DNA from: Klebsormidium nitens
Taxonomy: Eukaryota; Plantae; Klebsormidiophyceae
Reading direction: 5' to 3'
Length of the DNA: 64,000 nucleotides
Assembly: GCA_000708835.1 (NCBI GenBank)
Contig: DF237274.1
Span: 1 to 64,000 of the forward strand
The notes below the pieces were generated by a model. The model searched no databases. It saw only the letters and a program-made list of their open reading frames with translations, and was not told the origin of the DNA. Shown here piece by piece: positions 1-12,062 of the stretch. A program made the position numbers and the translations under genes. Each line of letters opens with the position of its first letter. Positions within the stretch are counted from its first letter, which is position 1.

Positions 1-714
1 CGGGCCCCTTCAGGACGGCCGCGGCGCGGCCAGCATGGTGCACATTTACGAGCTGTAGAGTAGGCTCGAGTCCAATCCGTTGGACATGCATGCATGATAC
101 TACGGTACATATTTAGGAAGGATTGCTGGAAGCTTTTATGATCGACGTGCTTGTAGATTCTATCTGCATTAAAAGTCGAGACAAGCCAGAGTAATATACT
201 GCGAATGGAAATCATTTGAGTCGTATTCTTCGTGTTATTTCTCAGATCGTTTGAGACAACTCAGATAAGCTGCTTAGAATGGAATGGTATCAGTCTACAT
301 CCCAATGTCAAATGGAGATGATCGAGGTATAAGTGGATAGATTTTGGCACTAGGGTGTGCACTGTGCACTTAGAGGTAGAAATCACTCATTATGTATTCA
401 TGTGTCGATCATGTAATTATCACGTTATAAAGCCCGTACCAAAGCACCGGGCTCCATTAAATACATTATACGGGGTTGGGGCCGTCCGCGTGTTTTATTG
501 ACAAGCGATCTGTTTTACCCTCGTGCAAAATCTTATTGACTATTTTGACAGGCTTGAACGTATATATGTACGAGTTGTGCGAGCGCTTGAAGAGTACGTA
601 TGCTGTTGCAGCTCTCTACACCTCCCTATAGCAAGGTTACAACGCTTGAATTGTCCATCTAGTGCTCCCGCAACATGACTGCGCCAAACGTCTCGAAAAT
701 TTTCCTTTGAGTTG

Positions 715-3700
715 TCAAAACCATTGCGACCCGCGTGACCAGGGAGATGCCGCTGCCACTCGATCAGGCCCAGCCGCCTCCGCTGGGGTTGGCCGGCCCG
801 GGCCAGGCCGGCGGGGGCACCAGACAAAGGAAAATGACGCCAACCCTCCAATCTGTTTGTACAAGCTTTCACCTGATCCCCTGCCTGATGCAAAAAGGAC
901 GAAGTGCAAGAGTCACATAGAGATAGCTTCCGAGATAGCTTTCTTCGGAAGCAATTGTATGTTCGACATTTGGGGGTCTTCCTTAAAGCAAGGAATGAGA
1001 GCACACGTGAAAGACCCTCGCAATCACGTGCTTCAAGTTGTGCTTACTCGTGCAGGTCAAAGATCGTAACACGTGGGTGCAAGATCCGGCCAGGCACGAA
1101 CTTGGAGCGGCTGGTGCGTTGGTTGGCAAAGACAACCTTTTCATATCTCATATGTACATACGGGACACAATCAAGAAGAGACGCGACAAACCAGACGGGA
1201 CGGGGGTCTCCTACTAAAAGATAAAATGTAAAAAGGGCGTTGCTCACATCTCAGCTGGGCTGAACCAAGCATGCTCCTCCTCCTCCTCCCTAAGGTACGA
1301 AGGGAAATCTTTCGAAACAAATTTGAGATTTGTCTCATTTCTCCCAGGCAGCTCTCCTTCCTCCATCTGGATCTGCAATCAACCAAGAGCTAGTCACTCA
1401 CCCAAAAACACAGTGAATATGCCCTCGCGCTGGTTAAAAGCTGTGTTTCTCTCTAATTTGACGACAGCTTCGTAATCAGGTTGTCGTGCTTCAGCTAGGA
1501 AGCAGACCCTGGAAACAAAAGCTGAGGACGAATCGGAGAAGCCCTAGGGTCGTCGAGGGCTAAAGTGAAAGCCAGTGTCTGACGAAAAGTTGCAAACCGT
1601 CTGATGCCTCCACCTTCACTATGATAACCCGTTTCGAACCGATCTCTTCAATACCAAAAAGGAATAGCGGGAAACAAACATCGAGCACACACCAGGAGCA
1701 TAAAAGCTCGGCTCAACGAGACGTAAAACGGGGGCTATCTCAACAACAAATCCGACCGAGTGACTTCCAAGTCTACGAAGTTAGTTTCGAGTTCACCAGT
1801 CAGGGCAACTAGTTCGAGGAGGTCTGACATCGGCCGCTTTGACAAAGCATCCAATTCGTTATGCCACACAGGGCTTCGGAACCGATTCATGGCCCTCCTT
1901 GGATTTTGTTGAATCAAGCGTTGAAGAGGCAAAGCGATACTCCGAGGAGAATCCATATAAGACAAGCTAAGCAAAACGCGCCTTCTTTGACGGTCAACGG
2001 AAACGTAAACGTAAGGCTTTGTGTGTGAGTCCCAAGCCAGCGTATTAAGAAGTGCACTAAGTGTAGGATTCACCACCTGACCAGCAGTATAGTTCAAAGT
2101 ATGGGGCAAAGAAAAGGACTAACCGATCCGATACCCGGGCCCCACTGAGGCTCTATGGTTAAAGCCGTCAAGGCTTCCTCAACCAAAGTCACGCGTTTCA
2201 GCCTTGACCACCACCCGTCTATAGTCACTCGCATCGTCCGAAGCACCTCCTTGACCCTGGCGGGATCTTTTGTGCTGAACAGGTACTCGAAGATGGAGTC
2301 CGCTATTTCCAAGAGCTCCGATTTCAACATTTCTTCGGTGCGCTTATGGTATTGATGCCCAAGAGATTGAGGGAACCAGTATGGGGCCTGTAGATGAAAG
2401 AGTTCTGCAATTAGTGCCCTGCATGTCTGCAACCACCAGCAAGACATCAATAAAGACCAGCGGTAGATCCAAAGCAAATTGCACCGCCTTACTTCAGCCC
2501 ACGCTGTACCAAGCACGTCCGTCTTAGATCCCAAGAGATTGTTGGTGACCATCAGTACTCATCTCCCTCAATCGCGACATATTGATCAAACCCGCAGACA
2601 AGAAATACGACTGTCTGTTTACTACTCAAAGCCGTTTACTTCCGCAAAGCAAACTCCAGCAGCGATTTGCCGAGAAATATCAAGTTACTCACACATTTGT
2701 GCTTGGTTGCCAAAATTGAGATGGTCACCAGGTACTCGGACTTGCATAAACTCAAATCTTTTGTGCTTCCTCCAGGACATAAGAATATCAATGGAAAGGA
2801 AAGGAAGGATCTCAAGAAAGTCTCAAAAAGAGTCTAAAAAAGAAGGATGCGAAGCAGGCACCTTCCCCCTGGTTCTTGGTGGTAAACCGTCCATCTTCCT
2901 GACAGTGTTCATCATGCCAGCAACGAGTAAAGCGATGTCGCGTTTCCCCAAGGGCTCGAGAAGCGTGCTCATACGCGTCTTTCCTTCGATGATGGCTCTG
3001 CTTCCAAATGGACAGAAGCGAATGGTTAGCCGTAAAGACATTTGTGACAGAAGACCAGAAAACTCTGATGCAGGTGAGAGGCACACATGTTACCAATTGA
3101 ATACAAAGCTTCATCAAAACTCTCTTCCTCCGCACCTCTCCGCAACCACTGCATGCTTCATGTAACTTTATGACTTCCTGTTCCTCACAAACTGACATGA
3201 AGGAGCAAAGAAGGCGGCTTCTGAGTCGCAAAGTGAAAGCTGACGGTCTCGATAGGCACTTTCTCTTGCTCTAGCAAAGTGAGATTGCATGGAACAAGAA
3301 TAACAGGAGATTCACAGATTGCACAAGCACCGACCATTGAAAAGGATCTGCCAGGCAAGGCACCTCAAAAGTCAAGCATCTTTTCGAGCGAAGGTAAAGC
3401 AAAGGTTCCTCGCCTTGAACCTCAATCCCAACTAGTCTCTTCCCTGAAAGCTTCAGCGTCACCCGTCAAGGGGTTAACTTACTTTGCATTCACCCCATTT
3501 GCCAACGAAATTCGCGTCCCGCCTTCCGGATTTCTGCCCCAAACCACTGAGCCCGAGGGAAAGTTGTCCTCGGCAACGCACGGCTCCCGTAAAGGGCTCC
3601 CGCGCTGAAAGGCCCCACTGTTCTCGCCCTCGACCTTCAGGACAAGGAGCTTGTCGTTGCCGCGGGGTCCGGACGCAGTCCCTGATTCCCCCTTCTCGAC

Positions 3701-6700
3701 AACCTGAAGCTGCCTGCTGGTCGGCCCCTTCTCACCGGTATCGTTGGCTCTATTCTCACCCCGCTCTGCCTCACCACCCCGCCGTCGTTTATTGCTTTCC
3801 GGGCGGGACCCGTCAGCCCAAGGCTGCAGCCCTCTCCCGGCCCCAGTTTCCCCGTCGTCTTCCGTTCGCCCCCCACCAGGACCGCCGGAGAGTCCGCCGG
3901 AGGGTCCCAAAGGACCGGCCTCACGCAGGGCGTCAATGACGCCGCAGCCAACAGAGTACAGGATGCACTTTGCGACCCCGTCCGGTCTTCGCAGCGAAAC
4001 CTCGAGATTGTCGAGAGTCTCGATGTCGCCTTTGCAGAAGACTAAGCTGAGCGTGATCACGTGGTCTATGTTGTCAACGTCAACCCCAACAAGTCCGTTG
4101 GTTGGGGCCAGACCACCCCGAGACTGGTCCTCGATCGTTTGGGTCTGGGGATTCCACTGCAACGAGCGAAAATACAATGTTCGAAGTCTTCCATCAGAGC
4201 CGGCCAACAATACTGTCACAGTCCCTACTATTGTCTCCGTGGAACCCAGCTGCGTAAATCACTCTACTAATCACGAAGATGACTGAAGTGAGCACCTCGG
4301 TTAGGAACATGCCTGTCAGCCACACTTGATTCATGACTAGTTATCTACGCCTTACTGCCAAAACTTCACGTGTGTCCGACAGCGAATTGCACGGAAACCC
4401 CTGATTTAAATCCCCCAAAAGGCCTTCTAAGAGATGAAAGGCTCAGCGCAATCAATCCTGAGAAGATATTCAGGCAGGTACCGCACATAACGTCGCAAAG
4501 GGCTTCCGGCAGAACAGAATGGTGCGCTTACCTGGCGGTACGTGCGCCGCAGGATAAGGGTTGCGAACTCGGGCTTGCTGTCCAGCTCCGCAGCTTCGTC
4601 AAGCTGGGCGAACAGACGCTCAATTCGAACCGGCTGTCTGACCCGCTCATGCTTGGCTGCGTCTACCAGAATGCACGCGAACCGCCTCAAAGATTCGTCG
4701 AGAGAGTTCGCAGGGGAGTTCGCTCGGCTCCTCGCTGCCGCTTCCCTGAAGCAAGAGAGAGTCCAAGCTTGGGCCGGGACATTCACAGGCGGTGCCGCCC
4801 TGGGAGGCTCCTGGCCCACGCCCCTGAAAGTGACCTCCTGGGGTGCCCTTCCGGGCCCTGGTATCCGAAATTGCGGGCTACTGGCCGGCCCCGTCTCACT
4901 GGGCGCGCTTTCCGGATACACCGGCCCGTCTCGCTGTGGTCCTTGTCCGGCTCCCGGGTCGAAATTATACGAGGCCGAGAAACCCCCATCCCCACGGGTC
5001 TGGTCGCTTGTCAGTTGCGATTGCGGAGACTGGCCCGATTCGCTGCCAGGGAGATCCGATTGCGCGGCGTACTGCAGGGAGGCCTCGCCAGGCGACCACT
5101 CCAGTCCACTCAAATGGGTTGTAGGAAACTGTCCTGGGCTAAGAAGTGAGGTCAAGACCTCGTTTAAGCCTTCTTCGTGCTCTGAACCTGAGGGAATCGA
5201 AAACGAATGGGTCTCAGTTGGTTGGTCAAAGGTTGGTGTGCAGAGGCAGAAACAGTTAAAAGAAACATCGCCCCACCGTTGGTACTGTAGCAAAGGTAAC
5301 GGACAACATGGGTGTACCCTTGTAGCCTTCGTTTCAGGAAAATTATTGTCAGGCTTGCTCGAATGACAATCAGGCTACAAAGAGATGTATCCAGCTTGCT
5401 GTATTCGAGTTCAGGATCAAGAATATCGTCATTTGATCCGCTAATCTCTGTCAGCATAGTCTAAGTTGGACATCCAAGAGACTCTTGTTGGCAAGCCAGT
5501 GAACATTCATTGGGAGACATATAGAGACAAGATACTGACAACAGACCGCTAGGGTGATGACAGAAGCAAGAGACGAGTGAAAAAGCTTTTCCTTGAAGGA
5601 ACTTAGAAGAATTAGAACATGAAAAGGAGGGCTCCTACCAAACTCGAATCTCCTCTTCCAAGTGGCGTCTGCATGATAATCTGCTAGTATGTCTGGAGGC
5701 TGTCCAGAATACTGTGCAGATGAGTCGGGAATAGGGGCCCCCTCTGACGATGTCACAACCTGCGAATTGGTAGAATGTCAGTCGCAATCTTGCTCCAGGC
5801 TGTCGTCCACAAGAAGTCAATGCTCTATCTTTTGCCAACAAAACACCTGCCTCTCCTCCATTCCAACCTACAAGAGAGGCGCAAGTGGCAACAAGAACGA
5901 AAAGATAAGCAATCAAGGATCACAAGTCCTGGGCGTTGGCAGTATCTTATGTGCCGGAGCGGGGTAACCTGATGATGAATGTGCTCCTCCCTGGACAGGG
6001 TATGCCTGAGAAGGGTACCCGCCAGCAGGGGGTTAACCGGAGAGTCCCTAACCGGTGGTGCTGTATCCAGGCTGGGCGTACCCCCCAGGAGCCAGGTATT
6101 CGCCAGGGGGCCAAAGGTAAGCTGGGGCGCCACGTCCTCGGAAGGAGGGACATGGAGAAGAGGATGAAGGCCGTACCCCCCCTCATGACCTCTCTCCTCA
6201 ATGGGCCCTCTCTCTCCGATGCTGCCCTTGTCTTGCGTGCCTTCTTGTCCTGTGGGGGGAGGTTGAGTGGGGTACCGCACTGGCGGCACTTGGGAGGAAG
6301 TTTTGGGAGGGCATTCTTCGCGGCGCGCTCCCACAGGAGCCCCAAGGTTGCCCCCTGCAAAATTGGATAGAGAAGTAGGGTTAAGACGCAAGCTGCAAAC
6401 ACTATTGCTGTGGTCTTGTAGTGGAGGATGAAAAGATGGCCTTTCGCAGAAAGGAACAGTGTGCAAAAGCCCGATGGAAGAATACCTGCATGATAAGTAT
6501 CTCACAGGGCAGGACAGCGCATCTTTTCTGGAGTTTCAAAAACCTCCCTTTCATACTTCCCTTGTATTCAAGTTGTCCATCCGAATGCTTGGCAGAGTGG
6601 CTAACTGGCAGGGAAGCATCTGCCAAAGTCACTGACAGGCAGGTACTTCATACGCAGTGCTTGCAGAGTTGCAGAATCGGAAATCTGGTGTTGAAACCCA

Positions 6701-8074
6701 GCCTTGTTAGGAATCAATAAAAATGATTCCAAGGAAGGAAGCAACCAAGTTGGGCTTTCTGAATTCAGGGTACATCTGAACCTTATTGCGGAAGTATCGT
6801 ACTGCGCTGGTTTAGCGTAATACTATCATGACAGATCGAAGGGAAGATACAGCTTCCCATCTTTTGTACCACAAACCAGAGCAGACTGCAGCTGCTTTAA
6901 GCTCTTACCGCCATGATTGCCAGCAACAAGCTCGCCCCGTTCAAGTTTGGCGCCTGAATCTCTGTTGGCTAGGATCGCTGTGGTATTATTTTGCGACAAG
7001 CCAGGATTCCGATGGTCCACACCAGAGCACTTACACTCGACAACATCTCCAGTACCTGCAGGTTGATCCAGAATCATCAATGGGTGGCATGCCACTCCCT
7101 ATGACTTTCAGAGGCAACTTGGCTCAGTCCTGACAAGCGTTGGCCCTCATTTATAACAGCTCTCTTATACTTTTTAGATTCTCCTGGTCCTACACATAAA
7201 CAGCATTGCAACCTGATTGTGCCACCACTTGCCAGGGTGTTAACCGGCTGGCAAGATGTTACTTGATTTGGTGATCCAAACATTGCAGTTGGGCAGTACA
7301 AACTGCCCATTCGATACGTAGTGTTGGCTTCGACATGGTTGAGGCAACCGCAGCATGCTGGAATGAAACAGGAAACACGCTGTGTTCACCTTGTCTTCTG
7401 TTCAGCTGCTTCAGGAAGGATTCTCTGAGACTCTGCTCGGTCACTTCACTTGGCATACTAAAGTTATCCTTGATGGCAGCCACAAAACCTGCGTATTTAT
7501 TAGTGTGCGTATCTTCTATTTCAGTCTCCCTTGGCCAGTCTGACAGCAGCTGGGGGCAGAGCTGAGCTTTGGACTTGGAGCGCGTTGCGATCCTGATGTG
7601 TTTCCTTAGCCTTGCGAGGCTCTTTTCAAGCTCATTTTCTTCCACATTTTTGCCCGCATGTCTGAGGATGTGGGCCTTCAGAAAAGACCTGAAGATCTTA
7701 TCAGCCTCGTCTCTTTGCTCGTGGCGCGGGTCTGCCTTCTTTGTACCTCCCCCGGACCCAGCATCTTTGTCACCGATTGGTGTGCTATTGGTCAGCCCTG
7801 AGCTAGAGTTTTGTCCAGATGACAGATTCATCTTGACAAAACCCTGCTTTGACCAATAATCGGAGACCCGGACACTCCTCAACAACTCATTTGTCTACAG
7901 AGCTAAATTTTGCTCCTCCAGCAAACTCGGAGAATGGAGATCAATTTCAGGGGCAGCATTGCTTGAGCTAAAAACAAGCCGCCTCACAAGGATCGGCTTC
8001 TGGGCTTTGCGGCCAGGCCCCCAGCTGCCATGGTGGCATCCCCTTCGCATCGTTCGCAGGGCTACAACTTTCAT
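715..8074 (-). pseudogene. Large multi-exon uncharacterised gene (possibly more than one), disrupted
   Basis: Protein-like exon blocks bounded by AG/GT: ~8074-7260, 5293-4530, 4219-3480, 3070-2860, 2390-2140, 2110-1770, 1215-1045 and 890-715 (ends SRGSQWF*). An in-frame TAG at 7895-7897 interrupts MKVVALRTMRR...NLAL*TNELLRS. There is a TAA at 7240-7242 and an apparent 1-nt frameshift near 2555 (VAIEGDEY / LMVTNNLLG). No family recognised. Confidence 0.55.
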
Positions 8075-8628
8075 ACTCGAATCTTCTTATTCGGCACTCA
8101 TGCAACTTGACCGCCGATCGACGGCGAAAGTTGACAAATTTCCGATCTTTGACTGTCAAAGCTGCGTACGGTCCTTATTGATACCGTTCCGTGAGTCCGA
8201 ACGCGTCAAGTTTCAACCACCCAATCCGGATCAACCCGAGCAGGCACCGTCCGCCCAGCGTGGCTGGGACAAAGGGCCCGGACAGGCGGGACCGACCAAC
8301 TTTAACGTCACCCATACTCCCAAGGTACATACACCAAAAGCTCAAAATATGCAATTATTTGAGTGAATCCGAGCCCAAATCATGTATACGGTATATTTAT
8401 TTCGGCCAAAAAAGTAAATATTCATCTGGCCTGCCGAAAATTTCAGGGGGGTTAAATGTTTGATAATGGTTATTTTAGCGGGTAACCAGTGATTCACCGA
8501 AAGGATCGAAAGTTTCTTAATTAACTATTCGGTGTCGAAGGTGCCAAAATCGAAATAGCAATAAGGTACTATGTAGGGGAGATATATGTAGTATGTTGTA
8601 TACAGGTACTGATTATTTTTCGGAATCA

Positions 8629-8711
8629 GGGGTACGGGGTACGGGGTACGGGGTACGGGGTACGGGGTACGGGGTACGGGGGTACGGGGGTAAGGGGCCG
8701 GGGGGTAGGGG
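8629..8711 (+). repeat. (GGGGTAC)n tandem repeat, G-quadruplex-prone
   Basis: Seven perfect GGGGTAC units at 8629-8677, followed by the variants GGGGGTAC, GGGGGTAA, GGGGCCG and GGGGGTAGGGG. Confidence 0.95.
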
Positions 8712-8732
8712 CACCCCAGGGTGGGTAGTCGT

Positions 8733-8829
8733 AACATTTTTACCCACCTGAGGTAGTTCTAACATTTTTACCACCCTGGGGTAGTTCTAACATTTTTACC
8801 AACCTGGGGTAGTTTTAACATTTTTACCT
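8733..8829 (+). repeat. 28-bp tandem repeat with imperfect internal palindrome
   Basis: Units are AACATTTTTACCCACCTGAGGTAGTTCT (8733), AACATTTTTACCACCCTGGGGTAGTTCT (8761), AACATTTTTACCAACCTGGGGTAGTTTT (8789) and a partial fourth at 8817. Confidence 0.95.
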
Positions 8830-9371
8830 ACCCTATACCCCTGCCGAAGCGGGCTAGGGGTACCGTATATCGGACGGGGTAGGGTAAGTGTAGGGGTTGG
8901 GGTACCCCAGTACCCCAGCCAGTGTATTGCCGGAGAGTGATAAAAGCTGGCCGAAAGCTGGCCGACATCGTAGGTGAACACGTACCAATACTATGTACAA
9001 GGAAGCAACTGATCACTGCCCATGTCGGCCTCGAAAGTGACTCAACTCGACGACACGGCTGACTCCTGATAACATTCACCAAGTAGACTTTCTGCACGGT
9101 CCCCCATGAGTAGTACACCTCATAGAAGCTGGCGCTGACTCGAAGTCGTTCTCAGCTGAATCCAATGTACTTTCTCCAATACCCAACACCAGGATTGGAA
9201 ATCAGGTCGTTTTGCAGGCGCACTCTCACTAACTTTTGTCATTTAATCGCTTCATGTCCCCTAAAGCTTTGTGTGCTCACATCAGTTAATAAATTACACA
9301 CTTAAGGCAGAAGGCAGCTTTCTCTAGCTGCTCACAAATCCTGCAGCGCCGCCAGCTAGTATCTGCCCGCC

Positions 9372-12062
9372 ATGGATCCGCTGGCCATGAGCTCCACACT
9401 CAACGTACTCTTCCTGCGAGCAGTGTTGATCGACCTGTTTCTGGCGAGTGCAGACAAAGTCGAGGAGTTTTTGGCGGCGGGCATCAAAGACTCTGATGGG
9501 AGCTGGTGCAAGCCAATGCTGGCTCACTACCTTTACTCCATGATGGACGACCTTTTGAGGGACACGAGCAGCGGGTAAGTTCCAATAGATACACTAGTAA
9601 CACTTCTGCCCTATTAACCAAACGAATCTCTTACATTGCAGTGCCTAAAAACACCTGCTCCATCAAAGAGTTTTGAGGATCGAAGCTTCCTGCTTCAAAA
9701 GACCTTAATTTGCATACTCTCAGGAAATCCTTTTCACAGGGACCACTGGCAGCGCAAAATCAGCAGACTATGAGTCAAGCAGATGTTTGCACAGGACCAG
9801 TGGCTGCCGTCAATTTAAATCCAAAAAGCATGATCCATTTGACGAAGAGAACTTTCTTGGCTTGGGGGGAAAAGTGAGAAACTCAAGTGATCCGTGTCAG
9901 TTCTTGACATATTGATCATCCAGAGTCGTAACCACGAAAAACTGGTTTCCGTAAAACAAGCGATAAGGTCTCAATGCCGTCGTGATCGGCTCACCAAAAG
10001 TCCATCTGAACCTCGTTCTGAAAGCTCACTCAGAATGAAAGCCCCGGACCTCCTCAATGCAGAATGCTGGGCGACACTGTTGTTGACCCCATCAGTGGAA
10101 ACCTACGAGCTGCTGACGTCGTCTTCAAGGACGGGGACACAATCTCATTGGAAAGCCTCGTAGCTGCCCTGTACCGTGGTACGAAGCAGTATCTGCGGAA
10201 CAGCAAAGCTCCATGCGATAAGGTGAGGCCAGAAAAACTTGTGGAAAGGCCATGCTTAAGTACATGTAGAGGTGGACTATTCGAGTGGACAAATTCCTCG
10301 CAAGCTTTGTCTTGCCCTTTCACAACGAGAAAGAGCATTAAAAAAAAGCGGAGACTTTCGACAGCACGCATGCTTGAAGAAGCTCTGCAAGTTCAAGTTG
10401 ATTGTGCTCTTAATTAGGTGAAGAAGGCCAGTCGCGTCTGCGCGTGGCCCTTCAGAGTATGCAATGTCAAGCCTGCGTGTACCTCAAAAGCAGGCAGTTA
10501 GACTCATATACAGTTGGGCCGTGGCAATGAGGTAATGGAAAACCAATGGGTACAATGAACTATGATGGCCTCCTTCATTGACTTTCAAAGTGGGGTTAGT
10601 TTCCTGCTTCACACAAGAGGTTGGGCAAGCACGTCCATACTGGCAAGTTCATTCCTCTCTGTTGGATCTCGAATGCACGTAAGCCTAGGTACTACATACC
10701 GTCGGTCTTCCAGAGTGACACACTCGCGCCACCTGCAACAGACTTGCCTCCGTTCCTATCCGTCGCAGATCTCGTGGCCCAGGACGTTTGGTGTCAGCCG
10801 CTGCCAAGAGCTCGGCCAGCGCGGCCTCCTTGCGGCGATCGAGTACTTTTTCGCCCGAGCCAAGCGCGACCCCGCGCTGTGTCGGGCCCTCCTGGCATAC
10901 CTCGACGACTGGTTCAGTGACTCCAGCGCGCGCCACTGCCTCATCATGGTGCGCGCGCGCGCGCGGGCCTGCCTGAACCACCTCCTCGGTGCCATGAATG
11001 ACGCCACTAGTCAGGCTGTGGACGAGTCCAGCCAGAGCGACGCTAGTACGTTTCCCGCCGATGCAGGTGTCGATCATGACATACTCCAGAAGGTGAGCGC
11101 CCACAAAAGATTCATAAGCTTTCCTAGCGAAGAAATAGTAACCCTTATATTGCTTTTAGGCAGTTCAAACCTGATACCGCATCCAGGTTGAAATCTGATT
11201 CAAGCTTTCAGAGAGGGTTTGATACTAGTATGCCCCAAGTTTTTCCCAAGGTGGGGCGGTTTTTGGGCGAGAGAACAATGAAGCTTGCCTCTTCGACGTT
11301 CTGTCCACTGAGCACTGAAGCATTTCGACGTAGGCCTGGATGTTGCAGGTCCCTCAGGCTGACATTTCACAATCAGCTTCGATTTCCCCTTACACTAGCG
11401 ACAGAAGAGGCGGCATTTTCTGTCGAGAGCCTAACGGATGATTTTTGTTGTTGCAGCCTGACTTTTACGGCTTGGATGGCCACGCCTGGATCGAGGAGTA
11501 CTTCTGCCCTCCGGACGATGACAGACGTGGCGCTGCAGAAGCTCTGTGCCTGCCCACCGTGCCCCTTCAGGTACGATCAGCTTCGATTGCCATTGTATGC
11601 ATGTTGGAACATTGGGTCACAGCGTTATCTTGTTTAGCCTTTTCATTTGCGTGCACGCCGCTGGTCCATCGGTCACGTCGTCCTTGGCCCCGTGAAAGAG
11701 GAATCAGGCCGACGCTCTTCGTCCTTTCCTTTCGTTGCAAAGACCTGGCCCGACAGCGGGTTTACCATACCAAATCGCCAGACGAGATGAAAACCTTTGA
11801 GTTCTTTGCCAGCCTGAGACTCCTCCTTTCAGTGGTAGGTACTTGCCTCAGCGGAAGTATATGCAATTGAATTCTAAAGCGGGCTGCGTGTTTGCAGGTA
11901 AATCAGCCGTGGTCGCCGTTCGACATGGCGCGCGACTTGGTTCGCAACGGGCACGCATCCGTGGTTCTGGACAACCTTGGTCCTATTGCCCTGGACATGG
12001 TCGAAGAAGAGAATGCCATGGACGCGGTCCGCGACCTCGAGATGCAAGCTGCGTGTCTGTGA
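9372..12062 (+). pseudogene. Multi-exon uncharacterised gene, disrupted
   Basis: Exons: 9372-9574 (MDPLAMSST...), ~9642-9874, ~10063-10222, ~10768-11092 (ISWPRTFG...DHDILQK|gtgag), 11457-11570 and 11898-12062 (VNQPWSPFDMARDL...AACL*). An in-frame TGA at 9771-9773 (KISRL*VKQMFAQ) and a frameshift near 9813 (WLPSI / FKSKKHDPFDEENFLGLGGK|gtgag) disrupt it. Confidence 0.55.

Larger units (their letters stand above)
350..8940 (-). mobile_element. Possible non-autonomous DNA transposon (Helitron-like or CACTA-like) carrying the disrupted gene
   Basis: On the minus strand there is an A|TC start at 8940 and a CTAG|T end at 350, preceded by a short GTGCA-cag-TGCAC hairpin. Alternatively the right end is CAGTG (reverse complement of CACTG) at 8920-8924, next to dense subterminal repeats. 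No Rep/helicase or DDE motif seen, and the terminal motifs are short. Confidence 0.2.

Noticed and set aside
1-59. Possible C-terminal end of a plus-strand gene (GPLQDGRGAASMVHIYEL*)
   Set aside because: Only 18 codons are visible, too little to support a call.
715-8074. Fanzor/TnpB, RepHel, DDE or tyrosine-recombinase identity for the first gene
   Set aside because: No RuvC D-E-D pattern with zinc finger, HUH/Y2 motif, DDE triad or R-H-R-Y motif was found in the frames I translated.
351-8829. hAT-like TAGGG terminus at 351 pairing with CCCTA near 8830
   Set aside because: Only 6 nt match and there is no 8-bp target duplication.
8629-8829. CRISPR array or telomere
   Set aside because: The repeats are head-to-tail with no unique spacers, there are no cas genes, the context is eukaryotic, and the unit is not a TTTAGGG-type telomere repeat.
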